DNA of 64,000 nt from Deltaproteobacteria bacterium. GTDB taxonomy: Bacteria; Myxococcota; Kuafuiibacteriia; Kuafuiibacteriales; Kuafuiibacteriaceae. The stretch spans positions 64,001-128,000 of the forward strand of contig JAVJQW010000057.1 of the NCBI GenBank assembly GCA_040218735.1. The letters run 5' to 3'. Within the stretch, counting starts at the first letter, position 1. Every line of letters begins with the position of its first letter. Below, piece by piece: positions 1-10,061 of this stretch. The notes under the pieces were generated by a model. The model was not told the DNA's origin and made no database searches. It saw only the letters and a list, made by a program, of their open reading frames with translations. The position numbers were made by a program, and so were the translations under genes.

Positions 1-831
1 GACCGCGACCGGCGCGCGGCCCCCGACTCGGGTGATCTCGCGCTCCTGCAAGACCCGCAACAAACGCGACTGCGCGTCGAGCGGCATGTCACCGATCTCG
101 TCGAGGAAGAGCGTGCCCCCGTTCGCGGACTCGATGAGCCCCTTCTTCTGCGCGTGGGCGCCGGTGAACGCGCCGCGCTCGAAGCCGAACAGCTCGGACT
201 CGATCAACGTCGGTGCGATCGCCGAGCAGTCGATCGAGACGAACGGCTCGTCGAGCCGCGGCGAGCTGTCGTGCAGCGCCCGCGCGACGAGCTCCTTGCC
301 AGTGCCCGACTCACCCTGAATGAGCACGGTGGCGTCGAGCGAAGCGACCCGCCGCAGCAACCGGACAACGTCCGCCAGCCCACCCGACGCGCCGATCAGC
401 GGACGCGATGCGTCCGACTCCTCGACGACCCCCGCCGACAGCGCGACGTCCTCCATTCGACGGCCCGCCGCGATCGCCCCCGCGACCGCGCCGCGCAGAC
501 GCTCGTTGTCGAACGGCTTCACCAGGAAGTCGGACGCCCCCGCGCGCATCGCCTGGACCGCACGATCGACGGTGCCGAACGCGGTGATCACGATCGCCGG
601 GGTCTCGTTGCCTTCGTCGCGCAAGCCATCGAGGAACGTGAGGCCATCGCCGTCGGGGAGCTTCACGTCGAGCAGCATCAAACTCGGCGCGCGACGCGCG
701 AGGAAGGCGCGCGCTGCGTCGAGGTTCTCGGCGACGTGGACTTCGAGGCCGTCGTCGCCGAGGACGTCGCGCACCAGCTCGCGCACGTTGGGTTCGTCCT
801 CCACGATCAGGACTTCGTCGCGTTCCGTCAC
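1..831 (-). CDS. Sigma-54-dependent response regulator (NtrC family); 3' end runs off the window
   Basis: Not in the ORF track; read manually. GTG at 831 overlaps the kinase stop (GTGA). Receiver domain [11 protein letters not shown]...[11 protein letters not shown], Walker [16 protein letters not shown] motif, FLDEI. Confidence 0.92.
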   Translation of the reverse strand, partial: MTERDEVLIVEDEPNVRELVRDVLGDDGLEVHVAENLDAARAFLARRAPSLMLLDVKLPDGDGLTFLDGLRDEGNETPAIVITAFGTVDRAVQAMRAGASDFLVKPFDNERLRGAVAGAIAAGRRMEDVALSAGVVEESDASRPLIGASGGLADVVRLLRRVASLDATVLIQGESGTGKELVARALHDSSPRLDEPFVSIDCSAIAPTLIESELFGFERGAFTGAHAQKKGLIESANGGTLFLDEIGDMPLDAQSRLLRVLQEREITRVGGRAPVAV

Positions 832-2441
832 GGCCTCTCCTCCTCGGGCACGAGGTCCAGCACGATGCGGGCCACCGCGCCGCGGCGGTCCTCGCGCGAC
901 GTGAGCGTCAACGTCCCGCCCGCCGCCTCGATCGCCGACCGGGCGATCGCGAGGCCCAGCCCGGTGCCGGCGGCCTTCGTGGTGAAGAACGCGCCGAAGA
1001 CGAGATCGGCGGTCTCCTCGGGGACGCCGGGACCTTCGTCGATGACCTCGACAATCGCATGCACGCCGTTCCGCGTCGTCACGACGTCGACGCGCTGCCC
1101 GTCGGTGTCGACCATCGCCTCCGCGGCGTTCTTCATCAGGTTGAGGAGCGCGCCGCGGACCTCGTCCGCGTCACCCACGACGCGATCGATCCGCGTATCG
1201 AGCTTGCAGACGAGGCGTCCGAGGCCGGGCTCGCCCTCCGCGACGGCGGCGGCCTCGGTCACCACGTCGTTGAGCACCAGCGTCGCGTCGCTCGAGACCC
1301 CCTCCTTGTCACCGCGCGCGATCGCGAGGAGCTCCTGGATGCGCTGGTCGATGCGCTCGGTCTCGGTCTGGATGATCGACAGCCCCTTCTCGAACTGCGC
1401 GCGCTCACCTTCGTCGACCGCTTCGATGCGCCCGCGGAGCATCTGGGCGTACCCGCGGATCGGCGCCAGCGGGTTCTTGATCTCGTGCGCGACCGAGGCG
1501 GCGAGCTCACCGGCGATCGCGAGTTTCTCCACCCGTTCGAGGCGACGCCGCATCGCACGCACCTCGCCGTGTGACGCGGCGAGCGCACGCTCCATACGGC
1601 GTCGCGCCGGGAAGAAGAAGAACTCGACGCGACGCGCGACCTGATCGCCGAACACCGTGAACGTCGCCGCGGCGCCGAGCGCGACCGCGACGGTGACGGA
1701 GACGATGACCGCGTCGAGCTCGTAGCCGAGCTGCGCGTACGCGATCGACGCCGCCGCCGCGATCAGGACCGCGAGGCCGACGTAGGTGACGGCCCGCGCG
1801 AACAACACGTGCACGGAGACCCGGCCGAGCAACACGTAGACCAACGCGAGCACCTCGGCGAGGAGCACCACGAACAGCATCGTGTCGACGATCGTCCGGT
1901 CGGAGAGGACCGCGACGAGGAAGAAGCCGACGAACGCGAGCCCCGTTCCGACGACGGCCGCGATCGACCAGCGGACGATCCGTGGGTCGCCCGTTCGCCA
2001 TGACAGTACGTTCGCCGCGAACAACAGGACGACGAGAGCCAACGCCACCACGCGACCCCCGAGGCGAATCGAGGAGATCTCGTATTCGGTCGAGAACACC
2101 GCGTAGACGACGGCCGTCCCCGCAACGCCCGCGACGACAGCGATCGCGACCGCTATCCCGCGACGCTTCGCGTCGAGGTCGACGAGCGCGTCCCCGGCGA
2201 AGCCCCCGATCGCGAAGATGCCGCCGACGGTCCCCACGACCTGCATCGTCGCGAGCGCGTCGGGGTTGAACACCGACACGAACCACGCGACGGCCCACAC
2301 GCCGACGCCGCCCGGTCCCAGGAAGAAGAGGCGCCGCCTTCCTTCCTGTAGGCCGACGGTGAGCGCGTAACCCGCGACGAGCAGGTTCAGCGCCGCGACG
2401 ACGAGCGGAATGACCGCCGACGCGATGAGCTCCCAGGACAC
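828..2441 (-). CDS. Membrane sensor histidine kinase
   Basis: Multiple N-terminal TM helices; H-box AHEIKNPL, N-box NLMKNA, DEGPG, FFTTK, GTGLGL; coupled to the response regulator. Confidence 0.93.
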   Translation of the reverse strand: MSWELIASAVIPLVVAALNLLVAGYALTVGLQEGRRRLFFLGPGGVGVWAVAWFVSVFNPDALATMQVVGTVGGIFAIGGFAGDALVDLDAKRRGIAVAIAVVAGVAGTAVVYAVFSTEYEISSIRLGGRVVALALVVLLFAANVLSWRTGDPRIVRWSIAAVVGTGLAFVGFFLVAVLSDRTIVDTMLFVVLLAEVLALVYVLLGRVSVHVLFARAVTYVGLAVLIAAAASIAYAQLGYELDAVIVSVTVAVALGAAATFTVFGDQVARRVEFFFFPARRRMERALAASHGEVRAMRRRLERVEKLAIAGELAASVAHEIKNPLAPIRGYAQMLRGRIEAVDEGERAQFEKGLSIIQTETERIDQRIQELLAIARGDKEGVSSDATLVLNDVVTEAAAVAEGEPGLGRLVCKLDTRIDRVVGDADEVRGALLNLMKNAAEAMVDTDGQRVDVVTTRNGVHAIVEVIDEGPGVPEETADLVFGAFFTTKAAGTGLGLAIARSAIEAAGGTLTLTSREDRRGAVARIVLDLVPEEERP

Positions 2442-2503
2442 CGGCGAACGGGATCGTACACGAATCGTTGGCAGGAAAGCAGGATTGGACTAATCAGGCC
2501 GCC

Positions 2504-3490
2504 ATGTCGCTTCCCCTCCTCGCGCTGCGGAGCGCGATCGGTGGTGTCCTCATGGGCCTCGCCAACCTCGTGCCCGGCATCAGCGGCGGCACGATGCTCC
2601 TCGCCGCGGGTGTCTATCCGCGCTTCATCCAGGCGATCGCGGACGTGTCGACGCTGAAGTTCAAGAAGGAGTCGATCGTCGTGCTCGCCGTCGTCGTGAT
2701 GGCGGCCGGGATCTCGATCGTCGCCCTCGCCGGCCCGGTGAAGACACTCGTCGTCGAGCACCGGTGGGTCATGTACAGCATCTTCATCGGCCTTACGCTC
2801 GGCGGCGTCCCGGTGGTGTGGGCGATGGCCAAACCCGCCACGCCCCAGCTGTGGATGGGCGCCGTCGGTGGGTTCATCGCGATGGCGCTGATCGCCGTCG
2901 CGCAGTCCTCGGGCGACGCGGGCGGCGGCAGCAACGACGGTCCGATGCTCATGTTCCTCGCGGGCGTCGCCGGGGCGAGCGCGATGATCCTCCCGGGGAT
3001 CAGCGGCGGCTATCTCCTCCTCGTGCTCGGCGTGTACGTCCCGATCCTCGGCGGCATCGACGCACTGAAGAACGCGCTCAAGGCCGGCTCGATCGACGCC
3101 GCCATGGATCCGGCGCTGTCGATCGTGCTCCCCGTCGGGGTCGGCGTGGTCATCGGCGTGCTCGTGGTGAGCAACGTGCTGAAGGTGCTCCTCGCCAAGT
3201 TCGAAAAACCCACGCTCGGCGCGCTCCTCGGGTTCCTCGTCGGCGCGGTCGTCGGCCTGTGGCCGTTCCAGCAGGGCGTCGCGCCGAAGATCGGCGACAC
3301 CTTCAAAGGTCGCGTCGTGACCGAGGAGATCCTCGCAAAGCTGACGCCGGACAAGTACCCGACCGAGACCTTCGATCCGACGGGCGGTCAGATCGGCGGC
3401 GCCATCGCGCTGATCGTCGCGGGCTTCGCGGTCACCGCGCTCATCGCTCGGTTCGGCAAGGAGAAGAAGGCGGCCACCGCCTCAGAGTGA
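2504..3490 (+). CDS. DUF368 family membrane protein (putative undecaprenyl-phosphate translocase)
   Basis: Duplicated motif MGLANLVPGISGGT / AMILPGISGG typical of DUF368; polytopic membrane protein; start placed at ATG 2504. Confidence 0.88.
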   Translation: MSLPLLALRSAIGGVLMGLANLVPGISGGTMLLAAGVYPRFIQAIADVSTLKFKKESIVVLAVVVMAAGISIVALAGPVKTLVVEHRWVMYSIFIGLTLGGVPVVWAMAKPATPQLWMGAVGGFIAMALIAVAQSSGDAGGGSNDGPMLMFLAGVAGASAMILPGISGGYLLLVLGVYVPILGGIDALKNALKAGSIDAAMDPALSIVLPVGVGVVIGVLVVSNVLKVLLAKFEKPTLGALLGFLVGAVVGLWPFQQGVAPKIGDTFKGRVVTEEILAKLTPDKYPTETFDPTGGQIGGAIALIVAGFAVTALIARFGKEKKAATASE

Positions 3491-4960
3491 GTCCGTTCCG
3501 CGCAAGACCTCGTGATAGAACATCACGGTCTTCGCGTAGTCCTCGACCCGCACCCGTTCGTTCGTCCCGTGCACGCGCGCGAGGTCTTCCGCTTCCATTC
3601 GATTGAATAGAAAGCGGTAGACGTTCTTCGACAGCCCCGTGAAGTACCGCGAGTCCGTCGCGCCCACCACGAGGTACGGCGCGACCACGAGCCCTTCGGT
3701 CTGCGCGACCGACAGCACGCTCCGCTCGATCAGCGCGAACGCCGGCCCGTCGATGTCGGAGGTCGGCGAAGGATCGTTGCCGAACGACTCCCCCTCGCTC
3801 AGCAGCTCCACCTGCACACGCTCGTCCGCGACCTTCTCGATCACCGCCGCCTTCACGGTCTGCACCGTCTCGCCGGGGTAGATGCGGAAGTTCACGATCG
3901 CGCGCGCCTCGGTGGGCAACACGTTCGCCTTCACGCCGCCTTCGATCATCGTGACGGCGGTGGTGGTTCGAATCGAAGCCGACATCGGTGGCTTGCTCGA
4001 CAACACCGAAGTGATCACCGGCGCGAACAACCACAGGTTCGCGAACGGGATGCGATTCAGGAACGGCATCTTCGGCGCGACGTACCTGAAGAAGCGCCCC
4101 GAGTACTTCAGCGTCGGCTCGAACGGTTGGTCTTCGAGGCGCTTCACCGCGGAGGAGAGGACGCCGATCGCGGTGTGCTCGGGCGGCATCGACGAGTGAC
4201 CACCCTTCCCCTTCACGGTGAGCGACAGCGACACGTAACCCTTCTCCGCGATGCCGACCATCGCGATGGGTTCCTTCACGCCGGGCACGACGCCGGAGAC
4301 GATCGCGCCGCCTTCGTCGAGCACCATGTCGAGCTTTACGCCGTCGGCTTCGAGCTTCTTCGCGATGACCTGCGCGCCCGCCTTGCCGCCGACCTCTTCG
4401 TCGTGCCCGAACGCGAAGTAGATCGTTCGCCGCGGCGCGAAGCCGGCGTCGACGAGGAGCTCGGCGGCTTCGAGGAGACCGACCACGCCCGACTTCACGT
4501 CGAGCGTGCCGCGGCCCCAGATGTACCCGTCTGCGATCGCGCCGGAGAACGCGGGGTGCACCCAGTCGTCCATGGTGCCGGGCGCGACGGGGACCACGTC
4601 GAGGTGGGCCATGAAGAGCACGGCCGGCAGCTCGGGCTCCGAGCCGCGCCACGTGTAGAGGAGGCTGAGGTCGTTGACGACCTCGCGACCGAGGACACGA
4701 TGCGCGTCGGGAAAGCTCCGCTCGAGGTAGGCGTGCAGACCGAGGAAGGCGTCTTCGTCGATGCGTGCGGGATCTTGGTGGCTGATCGTCGGGATGCGAA
4801 TCGCTCCCGCGAGGCGCGCGGCGGCCGAAGACGTGTCGACGGTCACGGTCGGCGCGGGCGGGATGGGTTGAGGGATGGGGTCGAAGGTCGCCGTTCGGCC
4901 GAGGAGCACCACGACCAGCCCGAGGAGGAGAACGCCGATGACCCGCAACGCGCGTTTCAT
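3482..4960 (-). CDS. M20 family metallopeptidase (carboxypeptidase S / PM20D1-like)
   Basis: Motifs AHLDVVP, WGRGTLDVK, HDEEVGG, GGHSS, GATDSR, HGTNER; N-terminal membrane anchor. Confidence 0.9.
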   Translation of the reverse strand: MKRALRVIGVLLLGLVVVLLGRTATFDPIPQPIPPAPTVTVDTSSAAARLAGAIRIPTISHQDPARIDEDAFLGLHAYLERSFPDAHRVLGREVVNDLSLLYTWRGSEPELPAVLFMAHLDVVPVAPGTMDDWVHPAFSGAIADGYIWGRGTLDVKSGVVGLLEAAELLVDAGFAPRRTIYFAFGHDEEVGGKAGAQVIAKKLEADGVKLDMVLDEGGAIVSGVVPGVKEPIAMVGIAEKGYVSLSLTVKGKGGHSSMPPEHTAIGVLSSAVKRLEDQPFEPTLKYSGRFFRYVAPKMPFLNRIPFANLWLFAPVITSVLSSKPPMSASIRTTTAVTMIEGGVKANVLPTEARAIVNFRIYPGETVQTVKAAVIEKVADERVQVELLSEGESFGNDPSPTSDIDGPAFALIERSVLSVAQTEGLVVAPYLVVGATDSRYFTGLSKNVYRFLFNRMEAEDLARVHGTNERVRVEDYAKTVMFYHEVLRGTDSL

Positions 4961-5114
4961 GGGTGTCGAATCCCCCCCCCGAGACTGCGAGTCAATCGCA
5001 CGGGGGTGGCGAGACCTACGACATGGGGTTTCGGGAGAACGTACCGAGTCGACACGAGACGGCTTGAATCCGTCATGCGGGCTCCGATAGCGTCGATTTC
5101 AGGAACGACGTTCC

Positions 5115-6791
5115 ATGCGCCGCCCGATCGCATCGTTCATCGCCGTCGCTCTTCTCGCTCTGGGATGCCAGGGGAAGATCGGCGAGCTGCCGTACTTGGA
5201 AGGCAAGGCCGAGCGCGAGCGCCCGCCGACGCCGCCCAAGTGCGACGACCCGGGCATCAAACCGAGCGACGTGCCCATTCGCCGCATCACGGACGTCCAG
5301 TACAACAACACCATCGCCGCGCTCTTCAACGGGCGTATCCAACCGAGTACGAAATTTCCGCGCACGACCAAGGTCGCCGGTTACTCGACCGCGCCCGAAG
5401 CCAACGTCGTCACGGCGCTCGGCGCCGAGGAGATCATGCGCGCCGCCGAAGACGTCGCGGCGCAGGCGATCGTGTTCCTCCCGGAGTTCTTGCCCTGCGC
5501 TCCCGACGCCAACGAAGCGTGCGCCCAGCAGTTCGTCACCGACTTCGGCCGACGTGTGTTCCGGCGACCGCTGCGCAGCGAGGAACAGACGCTGCTGATG
5601 GGGCTCTATCGTGACGTCGCGGCGGACACCGAGTTCCGCGTGAGCATCGCGGTCGTACTCTCCGCGATGCTGCAGATGCCCGCGTTCCTCTACCTCGTCG
5701 AGGAGGGCCGCCCGAACGTCGAGGTCGAGCCCGGCATCATTCCACTCAGTGGATTCGAGGTCGCCAACCGCCTCGCCTTCCTCTTCACCGCCAGGCCGCC
5801 GGACGGCACGTTGCTCGCGGCGGCGGAGGCCGGGGAGCTCGACACCGTCCAAGGCGTGGAAGCCCACGCGCGGCGGCTGTTGTCGGACCCGGCGGCCATC
5901 GAGGTCATCAGCGGTTTCTCGCGGGAGTGGATGCAGGTCGACGAGTTCCAGGTGAGCGACAAGGACGCGACGCTGTTCACGGAGTACGACGCCACGTTGG
6001 CGGCGTCGATGTCCGACGAGGTCGATCGCTACGTCGCCCACGTGATGCGTGACCTCGGGGGCTCGCTCTCGGCGCTCCTCACCGCGCAGACGACGATGGT
6101 CGACCAACCGCTCGCGCGCCTGTACGGGCTCGGCGATCAGGTCAGCTCCGGACCGGGCGACTGGCGCGTCGTCTCGCTCGATCGCGCGCAGCGCTCCGGG
6201 CTGCTCTCGCGCGCGTCGGTCGTCGCGCGACACGCGCACGCCGCGAACACCTCCCCCGTGAAACGCGGCAACCTCGTGCGCACGCGTTTCCTCTGCAACG
6301 AGCTCCCAGCGCCGCCGCCCGGAGCACAGACCAACGTCCCCGAGTTCCCGCCGAACCCGACCGAGCGGGACAAGTCGGCGGTGATGGTCGCCTCCGAGGA
6401 CTGCGGCGGCTGCCACCTCCTGCTGAACCCGATCGGAATCGGCTTCGAGAACTTCGACGCCCTCGGGCGCTGGCGCGACCAGCTCGACGACGGCCGGGCG
6501 ATCGACGCGAGCGGCGTCGTCGAGGGTTCGCCGATCGGCGCGTTCGACGGCGTCGCGGACCTCAGCCAGGCGCTCTCCGAGAGCCCCGCGGTGCACGCCT
6601 GCTACGCGGAGCAGTGGTTCCAGTACGCGTTCGGTCGGGCGAAGGAGCTTCAGGACCGATGTACGGTCGCGTCGGTCGAAGAGCGCTTCGTCGAGACGGG
6701 ACTCAGCATCCCCGAGCTGCTCGTGCAGCTCACGAAGACGGACGCCTTCAGGTACCGACGCACCGTCGAGATGCAAAACCGCGTTCCTTGA
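5115..6791 (+). CDS. DUF1592/DUF1588/DUF1595/DUF1585 (PSCyt-type) lipoprotein with CxxCH
   Basis: Lipobox LALGC; RRIT..QYNNTI, FGRRVFRRPL, FLYLVE, TSPVKRG, CGGCH..NPIGIGFENFDALGRWR. Confidence 0.88.
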   Translation: MRRPIASFIAVALLALGCQGKIGELPYLEGKAERERPPTPPKCDDPGIKPSDVPIRRITDVQYNNTIAALFNGRIQPSTKFPRTTKVAGYSTAPEANVVTALGAEEIMRAAEDVAAQAIVFLPEFLPCAPDANEACAQQFVTDFGRRVFRRPLRSEEQTLLMGLYRDVAADTEFRVSIAVVLSAMLQMPAFLYLVEEGRPNVEVEPGIIPLSGFEVANRLAFLFTARPPDGTLLAAAEAGELDTVQGVEAHARRLLSDPAAIEVISGFSREWMQVDEFQVSDKDATLFTEYDATLAASMSDEVDRYVAHVMRDLGGSLSALLTAQTTMVDQPLARLYGLGDQVSSGPGDWRVVSLDRAQRSGLLSRASVVARHAHAANTSPVKRGNLVRTRFLCNELPAPPPGAQTNVPEFPPNPTERDKSAVMVASEDCGGCHLLLNPIGIGFENFDALGRWRDQLDDGRAIDASGVVEGSPIGAFDGVADLSQALSESPAVHACYAEQWFQYAFGRAKELQDRCTVASVEERFVETGLSIPELLVQLTKTDAFRYRRTVEMQNRVP

Positions 6792-6811
6792 GTCATCCTC
6801 GGGGCGTGCGA

Positions 6812-8215
6812 ATGCTCCGCTCCCTGCTCGGCCTCTCCTGCGCACTGGCCGCCTGCTCCGGTTCCACGAACGACGACGGCTCGGATGACGACGTCATCCT
6901 CGGTCGCGACGGCGGTAGCTCGGTCGTCACACCCCGCGACGCGGGCGCCGACCGGGACGCCTCGACCAACCCCCCGCTGACCTCGATGCGCGTGCTCCTC
7001 GGGACGCGCGACATGCTCGGGCGCGCGGCGCCGCTCGACGTCGGGCGTCGCTTCGTCGGCGACCGCGAAGCCGCCACACCGTTCACGATCCGTAACGAGA
7101 GCCCGAACATGTTGACGCTCAACGCGTCGACCCCGGTGAGCCTCGCCGGCGACAGCGGTGAGTTCCTGGTGACGAACCCGGCCTCCACCACGCTCGGTCC
7201 GGGCGAGGCCACGACCTTCACCGTGGAGTTCGCACCGACGCGCCCCGGCCCCGCTCAGGTCGACGTCCGCGTGCATCACGCCGACGGCGCGATCGGCGCG
7301 AGCGCATTTACGATGCGCGGCTACGGCCACGCCACCGGCGGACAGCCGCTCTACCTCGGCGGCGGCGGCGCGTACTACCGGCTGCGGACGCCGTCCGGAG
7401 AGCCCAACACGTGGGAGCAGCAGACGGACCGCCTCGACACTTCGCTCTGCGACGGGCTCGGCCCCGACCACCCGCGTGATCTCATTCGTGGGTTCGGCTA
7501 CGGCGACGGCACGTTCGTCGTCGCGGGCGGCTCGTGCGACGGGATGCTCGGCATGACCCGCGACGGCGTGAACTGGACGACGCAGATCCTCGGGATGCCG
7601 TACGCCGGCTTCTACCAGGACGTCGCGTGGCAGGAGGGGCTCTTCGTCGCCGTCGGAGGGCTCGGCGGCCGTGCGTACTCGAACGATCGCGCGGCGAGCT
7701 GGGTCGTCACCGGTGACTACAGCAAGTGCCAGCTCCGACGCGTCGCCGCGGGCAACGGTCGCTTCGTCGCGGTGGGCAACCTCTTCGATCGCGGCTGCAT
7801 CACGACCACCACCGACGGCGAGACGTGGACCCCGATCACCGACGAGCCCGACCTGCTCGACAGCGTCGCCTTCGGCAACGGCGTGTTCGTGGCGATCGGC
7901 CCGACGCGCTGCCAATGGTCGGAGGACGGCCTGACGTGGAACACGTGCACGGGCCAGGTGCAGTCGACGCGGAAGGTGTTCTTCGCGAACGGCGAGTTCC
8001 TGGTGTTCGGTCCGGAGGGGGTGTCGCGCTCCGTCGACGGCAACGCGTGGACGACCGCGCCGGGACCTTGGCTCGAGGGCGTCGCGTACGGACAGGGGCG
8101 GTACGTCGGCGTCGCCGTCCAGATGCGGGGCTACGGAACGACGGTCGAAGGGATGACGCTCGAGAACGTCCCCTCCGACGTCGCCGAGTGGCACTTCGGC
8201 TACGTGTACCCCTAG
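6812..8215 (+). CDS. Lipoprotein with Ig-like (choice-of-anchor D/ASPM-like) domain and C-terminal beta-propeller repeats
   Basis: Lipobox LAAC; FTIRN...FTVEFAPT; repeated VAxGNGxFVAVG and SxDGxTW (BNR-like) units. Confidence 0.75.
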   Translation: MLRSLLGLSCALAACSGSTNDDGSDDDVILGRDGGSSVVTPRDAGADRDASTNPPLTSMRVLLGTRDMLGRAAPLDVGRRFVGDREAATPFTIRNESPNMLTLNASTPVSLAGDSGEFLVTNPASTTLGPGEATTFTVEFAPTRPGPAQVDVRVHHADGAIGASAFTMRGYGHATGGQPLYLGGGGAYYRLRTPSGEPNTWEQQTDRLDTSLCDGLGPDHPRDLIRGFGYGDGTFVVAGGSCDGMLGMTRDGVNWTTQILGMPYAGFYQDVAWQEGLFVAVGGLGGRAYSNDRAASWVVTGDYSKCQLRRVAAGNGRFVAVGNLFDRGCITTTTDGETWTPITDEPDLLDSVAFGNGVFVAIGPTRCQWSEDGLTWNTCTGQVQSTRKVFFANGEFLVFGPEGVSRSVDGNAWTTAPGPWLEGVAYGQGRYVGVAVQMRGYGTTVEGMTLENVPSDVAEWHFGYVYP

Positions 8216-8227
8216 TGTACCGGCACA

Positions 8228-9250
8228 CTAGCGACGAGGAATGAGGCGCGCCTCGGGTTCGAGCGCGACGCCGAACACCTCACGCACGCGCGACTGAATC
8301 CGAGCCGCGAGCGCGCGCAGCGCGGCGGTCGTGCCGTCGCCCAGGTTCACCAACGCGAGCGTGTGTTTCGTGGAGACACCGACGCCGTCGCCGCGGGTGC
8401 CTCGCTCGATGCCCGCGTTCTCGATGAGCCACGCGGCGGAGAGCTTCGTCTGGCCTTCGCCGGCGGGGTAACGCGGGACGTTCGGGTGGAGCTTCGCGAT
8501 GTCTTCCGCGACGGCGACGTCGACGATGGGGTTCGTGAAGAACGACCCCACGCTGCGGCGGTTCTCGTCGTCCGGATCGATCACCATCGACTTCTTGCGG
8601 CGGAGCGCAAGCACGGCGTCCTTCACCGCGACGAGGGTCCGGGGTGTGTCGCCGAGTGAACGATCGAGCTCGGCGTAGCGGACGGTGGGTGCACCGCCGG
8701 GACGCAGCTGGAACGTGACGTCGAGGACTACGTAGCGGTTGGCCATTCGTTTGAATAGACTGTCGCGGTAGCCGAACCCACAGCCTTCGGCGTCGAAGAC
8801 GACGACGCCGTCCGCCTCGCGGTCGTACACACGCACCGCGGTGACGACCTCGCTGACCTCCTGTCCGTAGGCGCCGACGTTCTGAATCGGTGTAGCGCCC
8901 GCCGAGCCCGGGATGCCGGCGAGGCACTCGACCCCGGCGAGGTCGCGCGCGACGGCGCGTTCGACGAACGGCCACCACGGCATGCCGGCGCCGACGGACA
9001 CGGTGCCGTCGGCCTCGAAGCGCTCGGCGTCGAGCGCGACGCGGAGGACGAGGCCGTCGAAGCCGTCGTCGTCGAACACGACGTTCGAGCCGCCGCCCAG
9101 GACACACACCGGGATACGACGCCGGTCCGCTTCACGCAGTGCGTCGATCAGCGCGGCTTCGTCGCGGGCTTCGTAGTACCAGCGGGCGGGGCCGCCCAGC
9201 TCGATCGTGGTGAGGGGCGCGAGCGGCTGCGACCGAGCCCAAGACGCCAT
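8228..9250 (-). CDS. murB: UDP-N-acetylmuramate dehydrogenase
   Basis: LGGGSN, GIPGSAGATPIQNVGAYG, FGYRDSLFK, GSFFTNP, KLSAAWLIE, HTLALVN, LEPE. Confidence 0.96.
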   Translation of the reverse strand: MASWARSQPLAPLTTIELGGPARWYYEARDEAALIDALREADRRRIPVCVLGGGSNVVFDDDGFDGLVLRVALDAERFEADGTVSVGAGMPWWPFVERAVARDLAGVECLAGIPGSAGATPIQNVGAYGQEVSEVVTAVRVYDREADGVVVFDAEGCGFGYRDSLFKRMANRYVVLDVTFQLRPGGAPTVRYAELDRSLGDTPRTLVAVKDAVLALRRKKSMVIDPDDENRRSVGSFFTNPIVDVAVAEDIAKLHPNVPRYPAGEGQTKLSAAWLIENAGIERGTRGDGVGVSTKHTLALVNLGDGTTAALRALAARIQSRVREVFGVALEPEARLIPRR

Positions 9251-9321
9251 GGCGCACGCTACCACGCTTGCGCCGATCACGGGCTTGACCGCGTCCGGCC
9301 GAGGTGGAACCTGTTTTCATC

Positions 9322-9942
9322 ATGCAGCGCTTGGTTCTCTGTCTCTCCTTGCTCTCGGCGATGGCCTGCTCTTCCGGCGACGACGACACCGACATCGTCA
9401 TGATTCGCGACGGCGGCGTGCGCGACGGCGGCGTGCGCGACGGCGGCCGAGACGGCGGCACGCAGGCCGTCGAGGTGCGGAGCTTCACCGCGACCTTCGA
9501 GACGCAGGGGTGTCAGGTGCCGTGCGTCATCGCGACGTACAACCTGAACCTGCAGCTCGGGAACACGTCGGAGTTCTTCAAGGTCTCGAAGATCACCGAG
9601 TTCCGCGTGCAGATCGGGACGTTCGACATCAACATGAGCAACCGCGACTGCACGGGCGCGTGGTGGCAGGTCCCGACGCGCGGCATGACGACCATTCAGC
9701 AGATCCCCGTCGAGCTGTTCGACGTCGCGGAGGACGACATGGCGCGCAACGACAACGCGGCGCTGCGCTTCGACTGCAACGGCAACGAGGACGTCGTCAT
9801 CAACCTGCAGTACATGCCGGACCAGCGCCCCCAACGCAGCGAGATGGTCTCGATGGTCATGCGCGGCGAGCTCGAGGACGGCACGCCGTGGGAGGTCGCC
9901 GCGGACGCCACCGCCACCTGCTCCGACGTCCCCTGCCTGTAG
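9322..9942 (+). CDS. Hypothetical lipoprotein with RDGG-repeat linker
   Basis: Signal peptide with lipobox AMAC followed by SSGDDD and (V)RDGG x4; host-like codon usage. Confidence 0.75.
   Translation: MQRLVLCLSLLSAMACSSGDDDTDIVMIRDGGVRDGGVRDGGRDGGTQAVEVRSFTATFETQGCQVPCVIATYNLNLQLGNTSEFFKVSKITEFRVQIGTFDINMSNRDCTGAWWQVPTRGMTTIQQIPVELFDVAEDDMARNDNAALRFDCNGNEDVVINLQYMPDQRPQRSEMVSMVMRGELEDGTPWEVAADATATCSDVPCL
9406..9459 (+). repeat. Intragenic tandem repeat (CGCGACGGCGGCGTG units) encoding RDGG(V)
   Basis: cgcgacggcggcgtg cgcgacggcggcgtg cgcgacggcggc cgagacggcggc read directly. Confidence 0.8.
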
Positions 9943-10061
9943 TACAAACCCTCCATCGAGCCCCTGGGCTCTGGTCCGGACCCGCGCGTTTCTCCCGACA
10001 TCGGCGCGCATGTGTGCAGATGTCGCAACAATCTTACAGTTAAAGCGATAACCGGAGTGGC

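Noticed and set aside
3960-3980. GGTTCGAATC tRNA T-loop-like motif
   Set aside because: Lies inside the M20 peptidase CDS; no cloverleaf can be formed.
10021-10052. gcaa-N15-agcgataa, a possible sigma-28-like promoter before the dikinase
   Set aside because: Mismatches in both boxes and no matching motif before the other orphan genes; insufficient support.
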